From Octopus vulgaris (Eukaryota): DNA of 64,000 nucleotides. A program made the position numbers and the translations under genes. The DNA lies in assembly GCA_951406725.2 (NCBI GenBank), contig OX597821.1:86986001-87050000 (forward strand), written 5' to 3'. This document shows, in pieces, positions 52,581 through 64,000 of the stretch (its first letter is position 1; each line of letters opens with the position of its first letter). The notes beneath the pieces are model-generated. The model had not been told where the DNA came from. It worked only from the letters and a program-made list of their open reading frames with translations, and did no database searches.

Positions 52581-54203
52581 AAAAAAGGAAAAATCGGTGG
52601 TCATTCAGTAAACACTCAAACTGAAATAAAAACGGCCACCTTCCTTGGTTTTTGAATATATGAATGTGTTGATAAAAGCAAACTTTAATGCAGATTTCAG
52701 TTAATTCATTTTAAGTTTCCATTATACTGTTATTATCTGGATGAACCTTAGCACAATAAATTAGAGCTTCGAAAAACAATTACCGTCAAGGGACAATTAT
52801 TTATGAAAGTACAATTACAGAGAGGAGAAAAAATAATATTACTGTTTTAGGAAAGATATTTGGAATTAAAATGAGTATTGAGGTTGCAAAATTCCTACAA
52901 CAATAAAAGCTTAACTTAATCGAATTTCTGCTCTATTTTTTATATCTGTGATTCATCAAAAATGAAGGAAGTGAATTTAAAGTATGTTCTTACTTTAAAA
53001 CAAAACTAGATTATACCATATTATATTTCGTGGTCTATTTTTACGCTTGGAGAGATGTATAAAAATGTATATTATAACCACAAAATTATAATGAAAAAGA
53101 GTCTTTCTTTAATAAAGATAAGTATCAATGAACATGGCTTCATATGAAGGCAATTAAACTATGCATTTATTAATAAGGAGTAAATTTCATAGAATAGTGA
53201 GTGATTTGAAATCTTATTTATAAAAAAAAAATCTTTCGTGGGGTTTCTGGCAAAAGTAACATTTATTAGTATAACAATTTAAGGTAAATATCCCGAATTA
53301 ACTGCAGTTAGTGTTGACTGTAATTTAGCTGCTGCCTGTGAGATACGTTTCATGGCGAAGAGATTATATACCAAGACAATGGCTTTTTAATCTTGTACAA
53401 TATGAGAATTAAATAGATTCAAAAAAGATTTCCTAAAATTATTCAATCAACTGCAGAGAGAGAGGGAGAGAGTTCTTAGTACACACAAAATACAAAGAAT
53501 GGGAAAACGTTAAATGAAGCAATCATTCATGATCAATTTGTTAAATGCAGGTGATCTGCTTGTTTTCTGGTAAACGCAAGACGTCACAGTCTAGATTAGA
53601 TAACCTGCTTTCGATATTATATCTCAAAAAGAAAGCACTGCAACGGCTTCCGATTTGCTTTTTTCAGAGAGACAATTAAAAGAATATCTAAGCGTTCTAG
53701 TGGTGCAGGAACAGGGCCGCAAGAACTGTAGCTGCGATACTAGTTTTCCTGCAGAAAGAGATTTACCAATTTTTGTAAAGTGCAAATAGCAGCTTCAGCT
53801 GAGAATAGAAATTGTTACCGTTCGGTCGGATATTCAACATTGCTTATATCTCGCAGTTTCCATTTCAGATGTGTAGCGAGTAGGAGGTGAAAACATTTCT
53901 TGTAATCAAACAGTTACATACAGTAATGGGCACGAAAATTGTCACTGCTTTCGAACGCTGTGAACCCTTCTTGCCCAGAGAAGATTTAAGACCGATAAAT
54001 TAAAAATAAAAGCGATGTCGCCACTTACAGTGCTTCAACTGCAGCCTAAAGAGATATTTGATCAGAGTTCTCTTTATCTAGAAATTTAAGACTTAAAAAC
54101 ACATCGGTAATTTTTTTAATAGACAACAAAATCCGAAAGATTTATCTGCTACACAGGAGCTCTCATGCTCGGCCAATCTTCATGTATTAAATATTTGACG
54201 TTA

Positions 54204-54587
54204 GTGGAGGCGCAATGGCCCAGTGGTTAGGGCAGCGGACTCGCGGTCATAGGATCGCGGTTTCGATTCCCAGACCGGGCGTTGTGAGTGTTTATTGAGC
54301 GAAGACACCTAAAAGCTCCACGAGGTTCCGGCAGGGATGGTGGTGATCCCTGCTGTACTCTTTCACCACAACTTTCTCTCACTCTTACTTCCTGTTTCTG
54401 TTGTACCTGTATTTCAAAGGGCCGGCCTTGTCACTCTCTGTGTCACGCTGAATATCCCCGAGAACTACGTTAAGGGTACACGTGTCTGTGGAGTGCTCAG
54501 TCACTTACACGTTAATTTCACGAGCAGGCTGTTCCGTTGATTCGGATCAACCGGAACCCTCGTCGTCGTAACCGACGGAGTGCTTCC
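54204..54587 (+). mobile_element. tRNA-derived SINE family C, long-tail variant (octopus OR/OK-like)
   Basis: A box TGGCCCAGTGG, B box GGTTTCGATTCC, perfect 11-bp TSD ATTTGACGTTA. Confidence 0.9.
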
Positions 54588-56199
54588 ATTTGACGTTAAT
54601 ATTCATCCTGTAGACTCCTCCAGCATAAATCAGCCCTCGGAGTCTTCGATAGTTTCCGATCACTTTGGAAAACCGGTGCAGCAATTCTGATCAATGTTAC
54701 TCCATCTTTATAATTGCGCTTTATAATGTTCACGATTGTGTTGTTACAGATAGCTCTTGTAGAATTATCCGGGTATAGAAAAATATTTCTTTATTCTGCG
54801 AGCTTTCTTACACTTGTTTATTGTCGCATCGAGTACAATAAACATTTTACAAAACGTATGAATGCTCAGGTATTCTGAAAGGATGCTTTGAGAAAAGTAA
54901 TACAAACATCTGACCTAACCTACTTCGTCGTCAAATAACGAGAAAAAATAAGAGACGGGGGTGAAGTGAGTGAATGAGCGAGCGAGACACAGGAGTGAGT
55001 CGAGCGCACATACATATACATACATTCAGATAGACAGAAACTGTGGCCTTTAATGAATGTATTTGGAGAACACGAGTTTTGAACAACCGATAATAGAGGG
55101 AAAAGAACGGGAGAGAGAAATAGGACTAAGGGAACAAAATAAGGGATAGTGAGGGAGGTCATAATGAGGTTTTTTTTTTAGTAATAGTGGGCGTGGTGTT
55201 ACTGGAGAATACTTGAGGTGGCGTTAAAGGGAGGGGTTGAGGTGTATGTTGTTGACGATGTAATCAGTGGTCAATTAGATTGGTGATTATTAATTCTTGA
55301 CCAAAGGTCAAATGTTTGAAGCAAGAGGTTAGTGATGTCAACTTTGATCTTGAGAGCTTAGAGGTTGTTGTTGTTGGTGGTGGTGGTGGGATCGAAAGAG
55401 TCGAAACAACTAGGCAGTAGTCACTGGAGCCTAACATCGTTTGAGATGTTAGACGGACGGACGGACGGACAGACAAGTCAAGTTGATGGGTAGTTGGACA
55501 GATGAAAGGTGGGAGAAACGAAACAGTGGGATAGAAAGAGAGAGAGAGAGAAAAACAGAGACAGAAAGACAGAGATAAACGGAGAGATATAGAGAGGGGA
55601 AAGACAGATACAAGAATACCGAGAGAGAGAGAGAGAAAAGGATCTAGTGAAAAAGAGAGACATTGACAGAACAACCCCCGCTACATCTAGACTGCTAGGA
55701 TCTGAAGTATATGGCTAAGTGTTAAATTATTGGCTCTATTACGTTAGTCTAGATCCTTCACCACCCCTCTTGTCTCTCTGTATTTGTATACACATCTCAT
55801 AACGAGGCGACTATAAAAGATGAGAGAGAGAGACAGAGACAGAGAAGGAGAGGTGAAATAGGCTCAGAGATGTAGATAATGGTGATTGTAAAAGGAAATG
55901 TGTGAAACTTCCCCCAACACACATACATATATCTTCAAGGGTTAAAATGTATGAATACAAGATAGAGGAGTGAGAGAAGTGTGTGTCTGTGTGTGTGTGT
56001 GTGTGAAATTAGAGACGCATAGAGCATATGTATGTGTGAGAGAGATGTCGAAACGTGTGTGAATGATAAGAGATATGTTGAAAATTGTGTCTGAAATTCG
56101 CGTGTGTGTGTGTGTATACGCGCGCGTGCGAGGAATGTGTGTGCGAAAGAGAAATATGTTAATAAGTTCAGTTGCGTGTCTGCTACAAACAAAAATATA

Positions 56200-56415
56200 T
56201 ACTCTTTTACTTGTTTCACTCATTTGACTGCGGCCATGCTGGAGCACCGCCTTTAATCGAGCAACTCGACCCCGGGACTTATTCTTTTGTAAGCCCAGTA
56301 CTTATTCTATCGGTCTATTTTTGCCGAACCGCTATGTGACGGGGACGTAAACACGCCGGCATCGGTTGTCAAGCAATGCTAGGGAGACAAACACAGACAC
56401 ACAAACACACATACA

Positions 56416-56463
<48 letters not shown>

Positions 56464-56630
56464 TACGACAGGCTTCTTTCAGTTTCCGTCTACCAAATCC
56501 ACTCACAAGGCATTGGTCGGCCCGGGGCTATAGCAGAAGACACTTGCCCAAGATGCCACGCAGTGGGACTGAACCCAGAACCATGTGGTTGGATAGCAAG
56601 CTACTTACCACACAGCCACTCCTGCGCCTA
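56200..56630 (-). mobile_element. SINE family A (young)
   Basis: Full-length reverse-complement match. Confidence 0.9.
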
Positions 56631-57079
56631 TATATATATAAAAATTTTAAGAAGAGGGAGAAAAATGAGGGACATGAAGCCTTTCAAAACAGAATTCAAC
56701 GGCACAGTTTCAATTCTTAAACACCATCTGTGCCTGATTATTCACTACAGCAGTAGGGTAAATATTAATACATAGGGTTTCATCTATTGCGTTTCGTCCT
56801 ACTTAAGATTCGATCGATATAACCCACAGTCTTCAGGTCGTTGACTTGACCAAGTGTAAGACAGGAGACGGAATGTGAATGGAAGAATATAAATGAAACC
56901 CTGAACATATTTTACCTCGTCCCACTGGGATCGATGTGTTCAAAATCTAGCGATATTTATTATGCATTCCACCGGAATCGATAACTACTAGTAATATACT
57001 TGGCTGATTAAAACAGTTAACACTTTCTCACTGGCAGGATCTTCTTCCTATTATTACATTATCTTTTATCTTTCAACAT

Positions 57080-57785
57080 GAGTCATTAGACTTGCGGCCA
57101 TGCTGGAGCACCACCTTGAATAAGTCCTAGGGTCGATTGAACAAATCGACCTTAAGATTTTTTTCTTTTTGAAGCAAAGTACTTAATTTGCCGTGCCGCT
57201 AAGTTACAGGGACGTAAACACCACAAAACCAGTTGTCAAGGGGTGGGTGGGAAGAAACTGAGACACACATATATACATACATATATGATGGGATTCTTTC
57301 AGTTTCCGTCTACCAAATCCACTCACAAGATTTTGGTCGGCCTGAGGCAATAGTAGTAGAAGACACTCGTCCAAGGTGCCATGCAGTGGGACTGAACCCG
57401 GAACCATGTGGTTTAGAAGTAAACTTCTTACCAGACAGCCACATCTTTTAACTGGTTTCATTCATTAGACTGCAGCCGAGCTAGGGCGTCGTCTAAAAAG
57501 GTTTAGATAATTCAACCCCAGAATTTATTTTTTAAGAATGGTACATTCTATCGATTTCTTTTGCTGAACCGCTAAGTTACGGCGACGTAAACAAACCAGC
57601 AAGCGGTGGTGTGGGACAAAAACACAAACACACATACACACGACGGGCTTCCACATAGTTTCCTTCTTCCATATTCATTAGTTGGTCCGGGGCTACAGTA
57701 AAAGACTTGTCAAAAGTGCCGCGCAGTGGAACTGAACCCGAAACCAACTGATTGTAAGGCGAGTTTAACCTCACGGCCATGCCTA
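57080..57785 (-). mobile_element. Two tandem older family A SINEs
   Basis: Reverse-complement matches at 57080-57445 and 57450-57785. Confidence 0.8.
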
Positions 57786-57982
57786 CGTCTATATCAGAAA
57801 ATAGCTTGTATTTTTTTTTTTGCACCCATGAGGTAAAGGAAAGCGAAGGCTGCAGACATGCATGCATTAGAAAAGTTCATTCGCTTAACATTGTAGTTCT
57901 TTTTATCGGATGTGAAAGAATTTAAAAGACAAGATAAAATTCACCGAGGCTTGGATTCTGTAAATAAAAGAATATAAAGATC

Positions 57983-60095
57983 GCACAAGGCCAGAAATTT
58001 TGGGGGAAGGGGGCCAATCGATTAGATCGACGCCAGTGCGTAACTGGTACTTAATTTATCGAGCCCGAAAGGATGAAAGGCAAAGTCGACTTCGGCGGAA
58101 TTTGAACTCAGAACGTAACGGCAGACGAAATACCTATTCCTTTATTACCCACAAGGGGCTAAACACAGAGGGGACAAACAAGGACAGACATGGGTATTAA
58201 GTCGATTACATCGACCCCAGTGCGTAACTGGTACTTAATTTATCGACCCCGAAAGGATGAAAGGCAAAGTCGACCTCGGCGGAATTTGAACTCAGAACGT
58301 AACGGCAGACGAAATACCGCTAAGCATTTCGCCCGGCGTGCTAACGTTTCTTATTTCTATATTGCCCACAAGGGGCTAAACATAGAGGGGACAAACAAGG
58401 ACAAAGGGATTGAGTCGATTACATCGACCCCAGTGCGTAACTGGTACTTAATTTATCGAGTCCGAAAGGATGAAAGGCACAGTCGACCACGGCGGAATTT
58501 GAACTCAGAACGTAACGGCAGATGAAATACCGCTAAGCATTTCGCCCGGCGTGCTAACGTATCTGCCAGCTCGCCGCCTTTCGTCGAACTACATATTCTG
58601 GCAACCTCTACCGTAAGTGTTAGAAATATAGGCACAGAAAAAGGGAACAGCCGATAAAATTCACAATATAATTGACAAGCACTTTGTTTTATTCATCTCG
58701 GAAAACTGAAGGTTAAGGATGACTTTAGATGGATTTGAACTCGGAACGTAAAAAAACTGGAGCGAACAGTGCAAGTCACTTTTGCTTAATGCTTTATCGA
58801 TTCTACCATTTCACCGTCTTCATCATTTTCATTATTTTTAACAAAGTTACAAGACTTGAAATTTTGTAAGGTCGATTAAATCGACCACAGTATTTGACTG
58901 GTACTTTATTTTATCAGCCTCGGACGCATGGAAGGCAGAGTGGATCACAGCGAGATTTGAATTCAGAACGTAAAAAAGCCGAAGAAAACCAGACAAAAGG
59001 CTAGTAATTCTGAAGAGAAAAGTATAGTCAATAAAACTGTACCAGTACTTAAATAATGCTTTATTTTATCCACCACGCAAAGGTGAAAGGTAAAATTGCG
59101 GCGGGATTTGAACTCAGAACGTACAGAGACAATAAAAGATGCCGTAAGACACATTTTGAAACAACCAAACGGTTTCTGCCAGATCGCCTCCTTTTATCAT
59201 CTTAAACAATGGTTTCAGATTCAAGCGTATCGGACCTCGTCAGCGTTGCGGTAGCGCGTCCCCCGGTGGATTCGGCAGGCAGGCACGTTTCTTCCAAGAA
59301 TGTCCTTCGCCGAACGTCCGAGGCGGCCGGTATGTTCACTGTGAAAAATATTAGAATGCTCAGAGCGATCCCGCCGTCTAGCATACGAAAGGAATGGAAT
59401 GATGGGCGAGGGAGCAGTAAATGCCATCGACCACAGCACTGCTGATAATTAATCTTATCGATCCTGAAGGAATGAAAGATAAAGGTGATTTCGTTGAGAT
59501 TTGAACGTAGAGCTTAAAGAGTCGGAAAAGAATCGCAAAAGCATTTTCCCCCGATGCTCTAACGATTCTGCCAGCTCGCCTGCATACAGATAAAGGGATG
59601 AGTATTGAACAGTAGAAGTGGCAGTTAATAATTATTTCTATTATAGGCACAAGGCTTGACATTTGAGGGAGGGGGTTAAGCCGATTACATCGACCCTAGT
59701 GTTCAGCTGGTACTTAATTTATCGATCCCGAAAGAATGAAAGGCAAAGCTGACCTCGGCGGAATTTGAACTAAGAACGTAAAGACAAAATGTCGCCAGCA
59801 CGCCGCAAACCTTGATAACAATATTCATTTCAAATTTTGGCACAAGGCCAGCAATTTTGGAGACAGGGTGTTCAGCTGGTACTTATTTTATCGACTCCTG
59901 AAAGGATGAAAGGTAAAGTTGACCTCGACGGAATTTGAACTCAGGACGTAGCAACGGACGAATCATCGACCCCGAAAAAATAAAAGGCAAAGTCGACCCC
60001 GGCGGAATGCGAACTCAGAACGTAAAAATGGACGAAACACCGCTAAGGATATTTGCCCGACGTGCTAACAGTTCTGTCAGCTCGCTGCCGCCTTG
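57983..60095 (-). mobile_element. Large same-orientation array of family B SINEs (about 10 cores), interrupted by unique sequence at 59200-59445
   Basis: Repeated GGTACTTAATTTATCGACCCCGAAAGGATGAAAGGCAAAGTCGACCTCGGCGGAATTTGAACTCAGAACGTAA. Confidence 0.9.
59219..59329 (+). CDS. Candidate internal exon (111 nt, symmetric), product unknown
   Basis: TTTCAG acceptor and CCG|GTATGT donor around a GC/CpG-rich unique segment. Length is divisible by 3 with two open frames (DSSVSDLVSVAVARPPVDSAGRHVSSKNVLRRTSEAAG or FKRIGPRQRCGSASPGGFGRQARFFQECPSPNVRGG). Confidence 0.45.
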
Positions 60096-60654
60096 AAAAT
60101 ATTAATAATGATATCAATAATATTAGCATTAGCAATAATATATTGGACTCTATTGTACCAAAGAAAAGAAATGTGTCTCTTGGTGTGAGATTGTACGAAG
60201 AGGCATTTGTTTTACTCTTATTCAACACAGCACATCCGTCTCTTTCTATTGAGAAAGAAGACTTTTTAGCAACACTTAACAATTAGATATAGCGTTAGAA
60301 GTGTGTAGGGTCATATATTAATGCAAAAAGATACATTGGTGTATTTCAAAAGTAAAGCACGCACGCTTTGCCAGTCGTACCTGTATTTCATGTGCATCAA
60401 ACTCAGAGTAGATCATTACCAGATTGTTCATAGACATATACACGTACGTGTGTAATACATACATTCATATACCAATAAATAAATAGTAGTAATAAAAGAG
60501 AAAGAAACAGAAAATAAATGCGTAGATGCAGATAATACACGTGTACAATTCGAAAATAAATCAAGGTACATACATTAAAATAAACATACGTATTGTATAG
60601 TATATATTTCCTGGACATGAATCAATGTTACTACAATAAAAGCTTGTTTTCATC

Positions 60655-60712
<58 letters not shown>

Positions 60713-60850
60713 CAGATAGATAGATAGATAGATAGATAGACAGATAGATAGACAGATAGATAGACAGATAGATAGATAGACAGATAGATAGATAGACAGA
60801 TAGATAGATAGACAGATAGATAGATAGACAGATAGATAGATAGATAGACA
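60655..60850. repeat. (GATA)n/(GACA) tetranucleotide microsatellite
   Basis: Direct inspection. Confidence 0.95.
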
Positions 60851-61372
60851 GGCCGACCATCGTAAGAGAATTGTTACACACATAGACCACTGTGGTCACA
60901 ATTTTAAACCGAAGGGAAATCTACCGAAATCAGCTGAAAATTTGAGAAAACACAAATAACATGTCTCTATGGGTAAAAAAGAATCTATACACTTGAAAAT
61001 GTTCAATCATCCGAATCAACATTTAGAGTAACATTCAGATAGAAGCGATAACAAATAATGGGGGTGGAAATAAATAATTCATAATAATAAATAGTGAGAA
61101 TATATATATTTTTTTCCGGGTCTCTATTTCTGTGCAATAGTAAACCAGTTTGCTTTAATAAGGACTCAAACCCATTCTAGTCTGAATTGTCCAAAAACTT
61201 TTTGATCAAGTGATCTTAATATTTTTATTAAAAATTCTAACGTATCATTACAAAGAGTTTTCTGCCCTAATTGATTAGATAATCTCAGCAGATCTAAGTT
61301 TTCAACTCGGTAATTACATATACGACATCCCATCGATTTATACATTAGCGCGCATGTATTCAATATATTGAG

Positions 61373-61407
<35 letters not shown>

Positions 61408-61779
61408 TGCAGACTGTACCCCTGAAATATTTTTCCTCGATTATATTGTTTTCATACATAACCATCTATTTCTATAACATCGAGTCTTGCATCTTGCCAA
61501 ATGAGAACTTAGTTCGCTGGTGAGGTCTGATAAGACCGAAACTTATCCGTTATCTCCACCAGTTGACTGTAATATCAAACTCACTTCAATCTAAATTACT
61601 TATATTGATCAAAAATTTCAATCAGCTTACCTTTTTCGAATTATTTCACATGCATTTTTTAAAATTACATTTTAAGCAATCCCAGAGGGGAATTTCTGTC
61701 TATTATACTAATTGCTTAGAAAATTTTAGTCGATTGAAATTTTTCAACTAACTATATTACATATGTGAGACCCTACCTT

Positions 61780-62100
61780 TTTATATTTCGTATGCCGAAC
61801 ACTCTCCTGGAGTATTTCCCCTCAGCTGCCAATGTTTAAATATTGCAGTGTCGATCGATTGATGTTCGCGATCGGTGAATTCTGAAACTTTGATTCTGTT
61901 TCTTGACGGAAACTCGTTCATCTGTGCTTTTCTGAAGTTTGTTTAAGTGTTTCTGCTAACTTCATTGATGTTTCAATGGTAATTGGTGGGTGGTGTTGGT
62001 GAATGCTGGGGGAACTGTTTGCCGATTGGTTGTAGTAAGCTAGGTGTTGGGAGCATCAGGTGATGTCTGGGGGAGAGTTGTAGTAGTTCGGTTGATAAAG
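61780..62100 (-). mobile_element. Decayed LINE fragment (APE endonuclease C-terminus plus linker; I/Ingi/Jockey group)
   Basis: Minus-strand remnants PDIT, HHPPITIE and NFRKAQMNEF in the expected order. Confidence 0.5.
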
Positions 62101-62844
62101 GTATAAACGTGGATGTTTGTGTGTGAAATATTTAGTATATAAAGTGAATTTAGTTGTGAAGCTTTTGCTATCATAAAAAAAAAAATTAATAAATAAAACC
62201 TCCACTCAGTGTTTAGCTTTCACAAATGGTATTCATAATGGTATTCACTAGAAACGAAAAGCATTCAAAATAAAAAGCAGTAACATAAAATTCAGACAGG
62301 CGCTCCGCACGCGCCGCACACACATATGTAAGGCAGCCGCCGTTCGGTAAAGATGTTAAAGCGTCGGACAGAATGCGCTGCGACGTACGTTTGGGTTTTC
62401 TGAGCTTATAAGTTAGAGCACCTTCAACTTTCATCCTTTTGTGGGCCGATAATTAAAGTACTAGCCCAGTGCTGCCTTATCTTGGTTATTCAGCAGGGTT
62501 TAAAAGATAAGAAGACCGAGAGAAGTGTTTGTTTGATCGCGACTATACGGGCGCCTGAAAATCAGCGAGAGGACGGTACATGCAGAGAACACCGAAGTCA
62601 TTCACAAATGTGACTGACGATCGCACTGTGTGTGCGTGTACTGCCACGACTCCCACCAACGGCACCTCAAGACTACACACCCAACACTCTAGCACTCTCA
62701 CAAACCCCTATCACTGCGATAGGTTTCAAAGCACACCCTACCTACCGCCTTGTTTTCATATAAGATGGTAGTGGTTTCTGGTAGGTGTAAGGTTTAGTTA
62801 GTCTTCACGTTTAGAGACAAGGATACAAGGTGATTGGTGTAGAA

Positions 62845-62993
62845 CAGTCATGGGCAAACTGCGGCCCGTGGGACTCTCTGAATGACACGCCTGACGGAAA
62901 AAAACTACCATGAATTTTTTTAGAAGTGCGGCCCACCTGATGACGAGCAATGTCTCGTGCGGCCCGCTTCCTGAAAAAGGTTGTCCATACCTG
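62845..62993. mobile_element. Short hAT-type MITE
   Basis: Imperfect TIRs CAGTCATGGGCAAACT and AGGTTGTCCATACCTG with three GCGGCCC subterminal motifs. Confidence 0.7.
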
Positions 62994-63264
62994 ATGAAGA
63001 GTGTAACAGAGGACGTCGATGTAGTAGTGTAATTGTGATGTTGTACAGGTAGTTGTACAGGTAGTGTGACTGTTGGCTGCGATGTACGTGTGTGTGTGAA
63101 GTGGATGTGGTGCCTACAGGGATGTAGCAGTTGAGATTTTACTGGAGTAATGAACGAGAAAGGTAGTAGTGGTGCTTGCGACGGTGGTTGCAATTATGTG
63201 ACAGTGTTGACTGAAGTGATATATGTACATATCTGCTGCGAAACTGCAGTCTTATACCTACTAA

Positions 63265-63298
<34 letters not shown>

Positions 63299-64000
63299 GG
63301 GGGGGGGAGACGTAACTCGTGCAGCGCAGAAATCGAATCTAAAATCTCACACACGAGAAACAAGAATTTCAGACGGACGGTAGACTGATACATTGGAATG
63401 TACCTTAAATTGAAGCCACCTGTATATGTATTCACTCACACACCGCCGTCGTTGTTGTTTGACGGTTACTACTAAAGTATAAAACGGGTATATCTCACCT
63501 CCTACCCACTCGTTAATTTCAAGTAGACACACAAACACAAAAGATAGAACAGATATATTATATATACATAGGTAGGAAGGTAAAGTATATAAAGACATCA
63601 GAAATGAGAAGCTATTTTCTATCCTACTACTAACTTATATTACTGGAGTCTAACGTCATTAACTTAAGCTCGCATATTCTTCCCTTACACCCGATGAATT
63701 ACCATTTTGTAGAACACACACACACACACACACAGCTGGCATATGACCCACTCATAATATTTGGTGGCTAAAACTCAAATAAATCTACACTTCGTTTAAA
63801 ACAAAAAGTACGATGAAATATATTTATTTTTTTTTAGTTAAACAAAATCGCACGGACACACGGACACACACACATATATATATATATATCAAATCCTCAC
63901 TTAATACACATTATTAATACACCCACAGTTGTCACTTCCAGGCCGAATGACAGGTACAAAGATGGGTAGGGCGATTTAGAATGAGAAAGAAAAACCCACC

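Noticed and set aside
54204-54280. tRNA gene
   Set aside because: The tRNA-like part continues into a SINE body flanked by a TSD, so it is a SINE head.
53300-54800. Possible decayed transposase region
   Set aside because: Coding-like composition, but no motif could be identified with confidence.
62935-62965. CTGATGA-CGAG-loop-CTCG hammerhead-like start
   Set aside because: No GAAA after the stem, and it lies within a hAT MITE.

Overview
AT-rich, repeat-dominated eukaryotic genomic DNA, most likely a coleoid cephalopod (Octopus-like). That assignment is inferred from the tRNA-derived SINE families and the microsatellite load. Almost all ORFs in the supplied track are artefacts of SINEs and microsatellites. 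Supported content: one probable first coding exon on the minus strand (1037-1150, signal-peptide-like start MIFWQPVCFIVFGVILQIK with a short uORF), one candidate plus-strand exon (59219-59329), four tRNA-derived SINE families plus an RTE-tail repeat, decayed LINEs (R4/Dong-like, CR1-group, RTE, Tx1/L1-like, I/Ingi-like), several MITEs (Merlin-like, hAT, piggyBac-like, foldback) and a Helentron-type non-autonomous element. The most unusual object is a tRNA-headed element carrying a degenerate minimal hammerhead ribozyme and a Penelope-style inverted terminal duplication (39844-40107). It sits inside a cryptic ~33-bp periodic array. Several SINE/LINE 3'-tail pairings are directly visible, and CpG content appears to rise at about 46-47 kb. 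No prokaryotic system, CRISPR array or intact transposase was found. All analysis was by eye and family names need database confirmation.
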